Shown here: positions 12,445 to 23,523 of the stretch, piece by piece
Layout of the letters: the number at the start of each line of letters is the position of its first letter
How positions within the stretch are numbered: the first letter of the stretch is position 1
Assembly (NCBI RefSeq): GCF_036321535.1
Contig: NC_087437.1
Coordinates: 116,500,001-116,564,000 of the forward strand
Length of the DNA: 64,000 nucleotides
Direction: 5' to 3'
DNA from: Camelus dromedarius
Taxonomy: Eukaryota
Program-made: the position numbers and the translations under genes
Notes under the pieces: generated by a model
What the model saw: the letters and a program-made list of their open reading frames with translations, nothing else
Database searches by the model: none
What the model was told of the DNA's origin: nothing

Positions 12445-12580
12445 CTTTTTCATGTTCGTCTTCATTGTAAGTTATTACAAGTTACTGAATATAGTTCCCT
12501 GTGCTGTACATACACAGTAGGACCTGGTTGCTTCTCTGTTTTGTATATAGTAGTTTGTATCTGCTCATCCCAAACTCCTG
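12305..12580 (-). mobile_element. L1 3' UTR with expanded (AT)n at 12385-12442
   Basis: aagtatagttgatttacagtgttgtgttagtttctggtgtacagcatagtgattcagttatac...atagttccctgtgct. Confidence 0.9.
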
Positions 12581-12709
12581 AGCACCTTCTGTTTTAGATT
12601 TTCTTTCACTCAATTCAATATTTTTTAAGACATGCTGACAGCGCTCCGTATGTATTAGAGACAGGACAATACTGCACCTTTGAGATGGATCTGTTACTCT
12701 CATTTTACA

Positions 12710-12935
12710 GACCACAAGCACTCACCAGAGCTAAGCACTCAGCAGGGGCTGGGTGTATTACCTATAATAACTCACTGAATCCTCATGCTGACCCCAGGAA
12801 GCAGGCGCTTTCAATTCAGACAAGAGGAAACCCAAGCAGAGAGACAGAGGACCTGGTACAAGATCCCCGAGTTAGTAAATGATAGAGCAGAATTCAAATC
12901 GAGTCCTCGGACGTCAGCACCCTCGCTCTTATCCA
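12710..12935 (-). mobile_element. MIR SINE
   Basis: taactcactgaatcctca...agaggaaaccca...gttagtaaatgatagagcagaattcaaatc. Confidence 0.7.
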
Positions 12936-15084
12936 CAGCATGAACCTAGCTAAGAGCAAGCGGCTCAGAGATTTGGGAACTAGCCTCCCTAAGCCACACA
13001 GCTGCTGATCCACGGGGTGGAACTAAAATTCAGACTGTTCCCCTCTCAGTCCTCGCCTGGGCAGTTCCGACACATGTAGCTGGTGAACTGGCAAAGGGAA
13101 CTACTACAAAATGTGCTCATCGGGCAAAATGCACAAGATGTCACAACTCTTTAAGGCTGGAAACTTGACTCATCTGCTCACCCTCTTCATCTGGACAATG
13201 TGAGACCATGAAGCTATCAAAGTGGACCTCTTACGAGGAAATGCAATGACGCAAGTTGAGAATGAGAATTCATGACCAAAATCCTTGTCAAATCCTAATA
13301 AAACGGATTTGCTAGTCTTTTTTCCCTTCTCAGGAGACGAGTCTGGGTCCACCTCTGGTGGTGAAAGGCACTACCCCTCAGCGGAGCAGAGGCACGGTCA
13401 CATGCCCTGAGCAGCTAAGAGCACAGTCGTGGGACACTTACCATAATTTCTACTATAAGAAAGTGCTTGGAAGGGCCAGCAAAGACAGACAAGTCAAAAT
13501 GTGCTTAATGACTTACTATTACCACCAACAGAGAATAAGCTAAAAAATGTTTTTAAGGTTCTATTCATTTTCTTTGTAAATCAATTGCCACAACTGCTAT
13601 ATTATTTAAATCAAAAATATCATTGTATTTCATATTTACCATCCTTCCTTTTTAAAGCTCTACCTATAAAAGTCACTTGTTCTAGCAGAAAAGAACTATG
13701 GGAAATTATGCAGAATACACTTTTTAAATACAAAAGGAACATATCTTTCGTCCAGATCGGTCTATGGACAAATGTCAGGGATGCTAAACTCTTTATGGTG
13801 ATCTCCCTGCACACCTGCGATGGGGAGCCACTTCTGTGGCGAATTCAAATCCTTTCCAGATGAGAAAAACATTTCTGTAGCAACGAGCCAAAGACAAACT
13901 CTTCCATTATCTACATTAACATGTCAAGTGGGACCAGTCCTGTGTCATTTGTAAGAACTTCCTCTCCCAGAAGTAAAAGCTGCATTCCTCAGCCCAGAAC
14001 CAGAAACCTCTCAGCACAGAAAATCTACTGAAGAAATTCCCCAAATCGGGGCTTTTAAGGGAATGGTGAAAGGCAATCTATTTTTGCTGACTTCCCTGTC
14101 AAGGACACCAGTTTCATACATGGGAAAAAAACGAAGTCCAGGAAGAATTATGCAAATTCAAGTAGGTGGGGCTTGATAGATGTACAAAGGAAACAAATGT
14201 CTTTACTAGAATTCTCTCTACCTCTAAGTCAACATCAGCTATTGGCACCTGCAACTCTAAACTGGCAGTTCATCTCCAAGAGACACAGAAGCAATCTGAG
14301 TCTAGATTTGTTTTGAAGAAACTCTCAGGGTCACACTTCTCAAAATTATCCTTCGCTTCTATTTCTGTCAACTGATATGAGGACAATCAGATAAATCAGA
14401 TTTGAAAACATAGCTCACTCCTGAGATCAAATACAGGACGTTTGCACTAAACACATTTTCGGGACTACGTTTCTCAGCTTTGCCTGGCTGTTTGCACTTA
14501 ATGAATTAACTTTTAAAAATCTTTGATAATTTCTTGCTGACTTGATCTTATCCTTCTGGTTGGTTAGGAACAAAATTCCAGTCAAAGCGGATTTCAGTTG
14601 TCGCCACTCAGACTCTGAGGAACAGAAGATACTTCTTGTATCACCTTCCCTCCCCGACAGCTTTTATTTACATCCTGCTGCTTCAAGGTCAACAAAGACT
14701 AAAAGGAGAACGCCCCTTCCCCCCATCTGTGTGCCCACAGACACACTTACAAACGTGTCCCAGATAGTTCTGAAGAACCCTTATCACAGCCACAGGACGT
14801 CCCACTTGCATTTTTGTAGACATGACTACCAAGCCCCAATAAACCATCACACAGAAATCAAACGATGGTGTCCCCAGAGGCTCGCCTCTCTCTGTCCCTG
14901 GATGAAATTCAGAACCCTCCACGGCCCTGGGACTCCCTGTATTTCTGACACTGCAGGAGCTCCCACGAATTTTAAAGGATGCATTAAACTCATTACATCT
15001 AATGACATTTTCAAAGCAATTAAATATATATGAATATGAGCTGCATGTGGTACTTAACACTTACCAAATATACTGCTTTTAAAA

Positions 15085-15148
15085 TGTGTGAGTGTGAGTG
15101 TGTGTGTGAGTGTGTGTGTGTGAGTGTGAGTGTAAGTGTGTGTGTGTG
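15085..15148. repeat. Compound (TG)n/(TGAG) microsatellite
   Basis: Directly visible in the sequence. Confidence 0.9.
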
Positions 15149-15339
15149 ATTTCGGAGGGCATTTTATGTTCTAGTCCCCCCGCAAAAAGGTAAACTTCTC
15201 AATACCATAAACTTTCCTCTCCTTTAATAAGCCACTTCTCATTTTCAATAAATGTTTTAGGTAAAGCATATAAATTAGGGAAACCTCCCAGGCCATGTGG
15301 GGAAATGAATTAATACAGGGAAAGTCAAACACTGGCAGT

Positions 15340-15720
15340 GGAGTGAGTCAGCTGGACCAGCGTGGACGGCGGAGCCAATCAGGACAGGTGCAGACAGCCC
15401 GTCTGGATTACGCAGCCCAAGCCCCAACTTCTTTTGCAACTTTTATTTGGGTCAAGTATCCGAAAACCATCACTTCATTTCCTCCTGGTGGCTGTGACCA
15501 CATGGACGTATAGTACTGAGGGGCTTCCCTGCGGGCAGGAGCTCCTTGGCAGGAGCCCCACTTCCCCATTCTCTCACATCCAGAGCGCCCCGCCCGCTGG
15601 GAAGGGCTGTCACTGAGCAGGTGTGAAGCGACAAGGCGCTGAAGTGTCGGCATGCCCCGATAAATTGATGGCGGAGCGTCAGAAACCCCAGCGCTCACCC
15701 TCCCGTCTCTTCCTAGGTCA
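15340..15720. promoter_or_regulatory. CpG-enriched promoter/enhancer-like element
   Basis: About 19 CpG in 360 bp by hand count; TGAGTCA at 15344-15350, AGCCAATCAG at 15373-15382, GCCCCGCCC at 15587-15595. Function is inferred only. Confidence 0.4.
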
Positions 15721-15791
15721 CCCAGGGAGCATGAAGGAGATGGAATTAGGACAGAAGTTGGAGACTTTGGATGTGGTTTTAGATGTAAACT

Positions 15792-16092
15792 TGGGGGTCA
15801 GTGATCTTTTGTCTGCAAAGACCCAGAGAGTCAATACTGTCAGCTTTGAGCCATGTGGTCTCTGTTGAGACGACTCAACTTGCCAGGACAGTGTGAAGGC
15901 AGCCCTAGACAGTATGTGATGAGACTGGGCGATGAAATCTAAATTTTGTATCATTTGCATGCCTTAGGAAACATTAGTCTTCCTTTGATTTTTTTTTCAA
16001 TCAATGAAAAATATGAAGACCATCTTCTTAGCTCCAGGACTGTATAAAAACAGAACTGTACTGGCCCGCGGCTGTGGTTGGCTGAGCCCTGC
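15792..16092. mobile_element. MER58B-like hAT-Charlie element
   Basis: ggggtcag...tctgcaaagacccagagagtcaata...ggtctctgttgagacgactcaact...tggcccgcggctgtggttggctgagccctg. Confidence 0.8.
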
Positions 16093-16689
16093 ATTCACCA
16101 AGAGCGAGGCAGGCATCTATGGAAATCAGTGCAGGGGGAAGCCAGGGGTAGCTTCCTGGCTGAGATGGAACCTACCTTGATATGAGCTGCTGGGTCCGGG
16201 ACAGTCTGAATCATGTCCCTCAGGAGGCCAACTGAGTCAGCATCCGCTCAGAACCTGAGTCAGCTGGGAGACACAAAGGGGCAAGACAAACAGTAATAAA
16301 CAACCACGTTTCTGTTTTGTTTTCCATTAGAACTGAACACAGCACACCCATGGTAAAATAATCCCGGGTTCCACATTTAAATGTTTGTCTTTAGGTATGC
16401 GTAGTAAATGAAGTGACTAGGAAACCCACTTCTCCCCTGTTGGGACTATCACTTACTTTTAGTCCCCCAAACCCTAATATGACAGGCCCCCCAAAATCCA
16501 AGTCAAATACAGTTCACACACATCATTTTACATGGGCAGCATCTTTGAGTGGTTGTTTAAAGGAAGAAACGAGACCCCCAAAATGAAACATTTTCTATTA
16601 TATTGAGAGAATTGGACTTTTGAAGTTTCTATCGAAGCTAATGCCTTCTACACGTCTTTCAGCTTCATAATTAAGCTCTTAATAAAAAG

Positions 16690-16900
16690 CACAACTACTG
16701 TACACTGAGTGCTTAAGTGGCAGCCCCTGGGCTGAGGACACCATACGCATTTCTCATTTGACCCTGACTGCCACTCTGAGCGTTCTCAATCTCATTGTCC
16801 AGCTGGGGACATGGACACCCAGGGAGGTCACTCATTTGTCCAGGATCCACTGGTTAATAAGCAACAGAGACAGGATTCAAGTCAGACTGGCCTGACTCTA
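16690..16900 (-). mobile_element. MIR SINE
   Basis: actgagtgctta...catttctcatttga...catttgtccaggatccac...acaggattcaag...cctgactcta. Confidence 0.65.
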
Positions 16901-17039
16901 AGAAATTTTGGCTTGACATAATTAACAGGTTTTACCCAGTATTTTGAAGATATTTTAATTCATTTAAATTTAAACGTGCCCATACTCTAGGGATAAATAC
17001 TTCATCCAATATATTCCTTAATTCAGATTCTAAACCAGT

Positions 17040-17380
17040 GTGTTCTGGTTCTTGTCTGTCTGCCCCACCCCATCTCCACCTCCCACCCCCACCCCCACCC
17101 TGCACTATCCCCACCAGGGCTGACCCCTGTCAGCTGCCTCAGCTGAGCTCCGGTTAGGTTTGATCAATGTGACACCATCTGGAGATCAGCGAGTGAGAGG
17201 AGAGGACAGGGCTATTTCTTCCCTACACCTTCCCTCCACCCATGGGAGGCTCCCTCCATGTTTGGCCACAATCTGGATTCCCTGGTGACCTCTCCCATCC
17301 TCGGGACCCACCCCCAGGGCTCCAGGCTCCAGTGACCACTCCCCAACCAGTCTTTGGTTCTCTGTAGATCTTAGCCATCA
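17040..17380 (+). mobile_element. LTR33-like (ERVL) LTR fragment
   Basis: gggctgacccct...ccggttaggtttgatcaatg...ggagatcag...gaggagaggacagggctatttcttccc. Confidence 0.6.
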
Positions 17381-18789
17381 GTTGTTGTTTTCTGGCACTG
17401 AAAATACCTCTTCTAATTTATATTTTTTAAGGTACCATCACTTTTTCTCAATTAACTATTATTTTTTTGGTGTTTTCTGTTTCTTCTTCGTAAATCTAGC
17501 CCATGCCTCTTAGCAGGAGTAAACCGCAAGATAAAAATAAACATCTTCACTACAAGACTGCAGAGCAGACACAAAGGCTGACCCTCAGGTTTGTTACCGA
17601 ACACCTGCTCCCAGGGATATGCTCGAGCACTCGCAGGCGTCCCAAGTACCTCTGTGTTCTGGGCTTTTCCACCCTCTTACGGTACAAACCCATCCACTTC
17701 CAAAGTAGACGGGCTTCTCAGGGGAGGCCTTCAGCTCCAGGTTTGCATGCTGGGGGCCTATCCCCAGAACAGCCCCATGGGGTCCGCCCAAGATCAGGGG
17801 AGCTTGGCTGGCCCAGACAATGGCAAACCTGGGACCTTAGACATTACTATAGTGAAATTTCTCAATTTTGGAAAGTGTGCAATTTTTCCCCCTAAGTCTA
17901 AAGCAAGTCCTTTGCGGGGATAATAGTCGTTAAAAATGCAAAAGGAATGAAACACTGTCTTGAAACTGCATTGAGTAGCTGTTGGAGGTAACCCGGCTTC
18001 TGGCGCACTGGTGAGAGGAGAGGCTGAGAGGAGGGGGCCTGGCCAAAGGTCTCCGGGAACCGGCTCCTCTGGTGGGGGGTGGAATCCTTCAACTCCCCCA
18101 AGACGGCCTACCCAGGAGAGCAGCAGTCACCTCAGGAAAACACCACTCTGCTCCTAGGGTCACCAGGCTCCATCCTTGAGCCTTCCTGACAAAAAAGAAG
18201 CCCCCCCTACCACCACTGCAGGACCCCACGCTCAGGAACAGACACTCTTCCCGTAGGCTTCAGCACCTCTCTGGGACAGCTCACCCTGCACAAGGCCCCC
18301 CTGCACACACGTGCCACGGCCTGTCCCCCGCACTCAAGCTCGTCCCCTCCCCTCAGACCCCAAGCCAACTTAATGGCAGCCCCTATCCTGAGAACGCCAC
18401 AGAAGCCTCAGCCTAGGCCTTGAAAGAACCAGAAGCTTGCCCTCCCTGCCTCTGGGAACCCAGTCCCCTGTCCCAGCACAGCCACACGGCAGAGGCCCGT
18501 GCTGGGTGCCCGGCGGACACCAGCACCATGTGCCAGGCCTCCAAGGGAGCCATCCTGGACGTTCCAGAGGGGCTGTCTCTCCGATGACCACAGCCCCTGC
18601 CGATCTCAAAAGAAGCAGAACTGTCCAGCTGAGTCCGCTCAGCCCAAAGGGTTACAAGGAACAAATCAGTTGTTCTGTTAGGTTACTCGGCTGGGGACAG
18701 CTCATTCCACACACAGATAATCGAAATTCCGTGTGTTCCAGATACAGAGAGAAGACAGAGACCAAGCAGCTGATGTTTTACTGTCACAC

Positions 18790-19511
18790 TGTGGTAGATT
18801 AAGTGATGGTCCAAGGTCTCCACTCCTCCCTGCGTCCACGCTTTTTGCCACGTGACTGTGGTTCCTCTCACTAAAGAGGCAGAGTCCGCTGCCCCAGACC
18901 TCATTCGGGGGCTGTCCACGGGACTCGCTGCATCCCACAGATCTCAGCAGAAGGACAGTGTGTCGGTTCCCAGCCGAAGCTTCCAGAGGCATCAAGTGCT
19001 TCCACTTGCAGCTTTCCACCCCCATGGGAACACGCCCAGGCTCACGTGCTGAGGATGAGAGGCACGCGGAGCAAAGCCCAGTCACCCAGTCTCCCCAGCC
19101 AGGACCACTCTAGATGGTCCATCTGAGGGACCAACAGATTCCAGGCATGGGAGGGAGACAGCAAAACCTAAAACTGTCCAGGCAAGGTCAACCTGAGACC
19201 GACCCACTGGCTCAAGAGCTAACAAATGTTTCTTGTTTTAGGGGAAATTTTTTCTGTCTTTTTTTTAATTGAAGTATAGTTGATTTACAATGTTGCATCA
19301 GTTTCTGATGTACAGCATAGTGACTCAGTTATACATATATATATGTATATTTTTATATTCTTTTTCATTATCTGTTACTACACATCATTGAATATAGTTC
19401 CTTGTGCTAAACAGGAGGGGACCTTGCTGTTCAAATGCTACTTGTTTTAAACTGCTGGGATTTGAGATATATTGTTACACAGCATTTCTGTGACAGTAAA
19501 TCACTGATATA
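18790..19511 (+). mobile_element. MLT1 (MaLR) LTR interrupted by an L1
   Basis: Starts tgtggtagat; ends ttgttttaaactgctgggatttgagatatattgttacacagca...actgatata. Confidence 0.7.
19241..19431 (-). mobile_element. L1 3' UTR tail nested in MLT1
   Basis: ttaattgaagtatagttgatttacaatg...; 18-bp TSD with 2 mismatches at 19223-19240 and 19432-19449. Confidence 0.9.
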
Positions 19512-21488
19512 CATTCCATGCTCTTAATAACCAGGTTACCAAGGTGCCCCTTGAAACTTTCCCAGCTAGAGAGATGAAAGGAGACTCCACCAGGGCTTTC
19601 AAAGGAAACCAACTTCATCCCAACCCACAAACAAACCATTTCCATCCATCTAAGAGACATGATCTCAAACCCCGTTCCCGCCCTCAGAATGAGTTTGGAA
19701 AAACTGAAGCGTAACTGAGAAACTTCTACCAGAGGACTCTGGGATTCTCAGAGCCCTTCCCAGGGGCAGCTGACTTCTCACTTCACATGGTGGGACCCTG
19801 CCAGCCTGCTGGGGATTCCAAATGCAATGAAATGGGTTCGACATTCAGGATATCCAAGGCCACAGAAACATCACAGAAGTTACCAAGGCCATTCAGTCTG
19901 TAACAAAGCAAGACATAAACTTAATAACGACTGTTTATGTCTCGCATCTTTTATGGGGAAGTTTGGGATATTTTCAATGCCTAAAGATGAAACTGCAGGG
20001 AAGCGCATGTATAGATTCCAGATGCAACACTGTCCCACCCCTCAAGGGATGGAGATGGGGAAACAGTTCACACAGACACCGAGAGCTCAGTTCTGGGAGC
20101 AGGCAGCCAGTGGCAGTGCCAAACGAGGGGTGAGGGGAATACTTAGACCAGGGAGAGAGCGGACTCACACGGAAAGCCAAGGAGGTGCCGCCAAGGAGTT
20201 TTGAAGATCAAGAGGCATGTGGGTTGGCAGGAAGGCAGGGAAGCAGGAACAAAAGTTCCTCCCAGCTCCCCCATCTCAGGGAGTCAGAGCATGTGACCCT
20301 AACCCACCGCCACCACCAGGATCACTGTCAACCCAAGGGATTCATCAGCCATTCAATGTGAATGGTGCTGCGAATCTCCAAACCAGACCCCCTAAAAAGC
20401 AACGCACCTAAATCTCAGGAGGATGGAAGCTCTACCATCCTTCCTGCTCCTCCTCCCTCCACAAATGCCCTCGACCGTCTCTGAGGGCATCTGGTGCCTG
20501 CTCTTTTTTGTCATTTGAGAGGTATTTTGTGGACTTTTGAAGAGCACTTCTAACTTACTTTTATGTTTCTAATGGTCATTTCTCAAATATTCAGTCGTTG
20601 ATGAATGAATGACATGATGCTTTTATGTCACTGTGGGAGCTTTTTGCTTTCTATCTTACCTGCCCTTGAACCCTCGTAGAACTTGAATCCACGCTGTCTA
20701 AAAACCCTTTTCTTTCATATATATTTCTTGTGATAAATTCGTTTGGGAATGTATGCGTTTATGACTTTGCATTTCATGATCCAGTATTCCTTTATTATCG
20801 GGTAGTTTGAAAAATAAAATGCTCCCATCTTCATTCTTACTTTTTAAAAGCCCAATGGTTTACTAAACAGACACAAATACTTGATTTGGGATGCTTTAGC
20901 TATAATTGCACCAAGTGTGGACTGGTGCACAGGGCCAAGAGGAAAACAGTCCAAGAGGACTGTAATTAGGGAAGCAATGCTGCAAAATGGTCAAGAGTCG
21001 CCCTGAATATCTGCAGGGCTGGGGCCAGAACAGACATGGACACGCCCTTCCCCTCTTCTCTTCCCAACCCAGTTCTGTCCCCTTGGCGAGGCACTCCCCA
21101 CCTTCTCCCAGTCATGCGGACACCCAGTCTATATGGCCATGTTCTGTTAAACAGCAACCTTGCTGGCCATCCTTCAGGCCTAGGGAAACACACACAGGAC
21201 CTGCCCAAGGAGATGGGCTCCAGGAAAGAGGCACATGAAGACCCGGAAGATGATCAGGCCCGTCCAGGCAGGAGTTCTGGGCTCCCAGGCACCTCAGGGT
21301 CGGCGTGGGAGGGGAGGCGGCCAGGGGGCACTCCAAGAAGGCACAGCAGCTTCCCAGTAGAGGGGCAGAGTTGGATGGGGGTGGGGGCCAGACTGGGTTT
21401 TCCTCTTTTCCTCCTCGGAAACCTAGAAAAGGTCATGCTATCCTCCATGGCCTTTAGTGCCACATCTGTGAAATGGGGATAACGTTAC

Positions 21489-22254
21489 TGTGGCATAAAA
21501 ATCATATGTGGTCTTTGTTGCCAGTTCCCCGTGCAGAGCTCTTAAAACCCATGGAACTTCCTGAGTGATGAGGGTGACAGAAGCAGGTTTTGTTCTAACG
21601 GAGTGGCTCTTGGCGGACCCCCAGACAGCTTCAGCATGGACTCAGAAAGACCAAGCCTTGCCTGGAGCCTGGAACTTTCAGCCCCACCCCCTCCTTTGGG
21701 AGCTGGAGACTGAATTCATAATCAGTCTTGCATACATGATGAAATCCTCATAAAACCCCTAAAGGACAGGATTCAGAGAGCTTCCAAGTTGGTGAACACA
21801 CCCACGTGCTGAGAGGGTGGTGCCCCCCAACTCCACAGAGATGGACGCTCCTGTGCTCAGGACCCTTCTACACCTCACCTTGTGAACTCCCATCTGTCTG
21901 TTCACCCATACCCTTTATGATAAACTGTAAGGACAGCATTTGCCTGAGTTCTGTGACTCCTTCTAGCCAATTACTGAATCCTGAAGGGGGTACTGGGGGA
22001 ACCCTCCACTTTGTAGCCAAGTTGGACAGGAGTGTGGGTAACCTAGGGACCTGATACTTTCCATTGGCGTCTGGAGTAGGGGGCTGGGGTGGGGCAATCT
22101 TGTGGGATGGAGTCTTCAGCCTGCGGGGTCTGACGCGAACTCTGAATTGAATCAAATTGTAGGGTGCTCAGTTGGTGCTGGAGAGCTGGAAGACTGGTTG
22201 ATGGTGTTGGAAGAGACACCACCTATTTGCCGTCAGGACGGGAAATCACCCTCA
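21489..22254 (+). mobile_element. MER21-like (ERVL) solo LTR
   Basis: TG...CA ends, 5-bp TSD gttac at 21484-21488 and 22255-22259; MER21 motifs ttcagagagcttcc...gttggtgaacac and ttgcctgagttctgtga. Confidence 0.88.
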
Positions 22255-22359
22255 GTTACCACTTCCAAATTGATGTTTAGCGATTCACACAGGTGTGAAC
22301 ACAAGATCTGGCCAATAGCTCTTCCAACTGCTTAGGGCCCAAATAGAACCACTCTCTGG

Positions 22360-22475
22360 CTAACCTCCCCCGCCTACTCCATAAGGCCTTCGTGAAGATT
22401 AAACTGAATGTTGCCTCAGAAGCCTCTACCAGAGCAAGGCACTTGAAAACACTTATTAAGTGGTAAGCATTATGG
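22360..22475 (+). mobile_element. MIR 3' half (5' half at about 21410-21488, split by the MER21 LTR)
   Basis: catctgtgaaatggggataa before the LTR; gtgaagattaaa...ggcact...taagtggtaagcattat after it. Confidence 0.6.
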
Positions 22476-22694
22476 ACAGGAAAGCAACGTTTTTGATACT
22501 GCATAAAATCTTGCGATTTTGAGAAAAATAATTCTCAAGAAATAAACTGTTAATTTTTCCCTCTGCTCTTAATTTTCAAAACTGAATTTTTAACTTGAAG
22601 CTAACTGGTCATTAAGTGAAGACACTCCAGGCACGGTGGCTCTGTGTAAGCTCATCACAGTGGATCTGTTCATGGCTTGGGCTCATCATTAGGC

Positions 22695-22966
22695 ACACTG
22701 GTTCTAGAAGAGTGGGTGTGAGGCGTGTCGGTCCGTCACCAGCAAAGCCTACCCTAAGGACTGCACAGGTCTGATTCTTCCCCAGGCAGCAGTCTCCCAC
22801 ATGGAGTGGGAGGAAGGGAGAGGCAAGGGAGACCCCCACCCCCCAGGACTCACGATTTAAGGAGGTGCTCCCTCCCGGGCTCCTGCAGGTGCACAATCAG
22901 CATATGAGAAGGAGAACCTCCTTAAATGTGGTGCCCCGCTTGGCTTACCCTAGTCCCAGCCCTGGT
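22695..22966. mobile_element. MER96B-like hAT-Tip100 element
   Basis: atttaaggagg...cctccttaaat internal inverted motif and terminus accctagtcccagccctg. Confidence 0.6.
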
Positions 22967-23150
22967 GCCTGCCCGCCCCACAAGTAAGCCAGACAGACCA
23001 GCAGGAGGCGGAGGTACAAGGAATCAAATGTACCTTTACATTTGTCTAAAAATAAGAGACTGAACTTCTGCAGTAGGACACAGCTTATCTTCTCCAACGA
23101 ATACAAGTCGCTGGTGCATGGGCTGATCTACATCAATCACATGACCCTTC

Positions 23151-23523
23151 GTGTGTTAGAGTCTAAACTCCCCGTAGCTCAGAATGTGACTGTATTAGGA
23201 GACCACGTCTTCACAGAGGTGATCAGGGCAGGCCCTAATCCAATATGACGGGTGTCCCCATTTTTTTTTTTTTATAAAAAGGAACATTGTGACACGGAGA
23301 CATAGGTAGAGGGAAGACCAAGTGAAGACCCAGGGGGAAGATGACCGTCCACAAGCCAAGGAGTGAGGTCCGGGGCAGATTCCCCCTCATGCCCTCGGAA
23401 GGAGCCAGCCCCACCCCAGCCCTGACCTCAGACATCCAGACTCCGGAGCTGGGAGAGAATAGATCTCTGTTGTCTAAGCCCAGTCTGGGGTACTTTGTTA
23501 CAGCAGCCCTGCAAACTAATACA
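23151..23523 (+). mobile_element. MLT1B-like MaLR LTR
   Basis: cagaatgtgactgtatt...ggccctaatccaatatgac...acaagccaagga...tactttgttacagcagccctgcaaactaataca. Confidence 0.88.

Noticed and set aside
12358..12597. ORF with a YIYIYI run
   Set aside because: Translation of an (AT)n microsatellite inside an L1 3' UTR.
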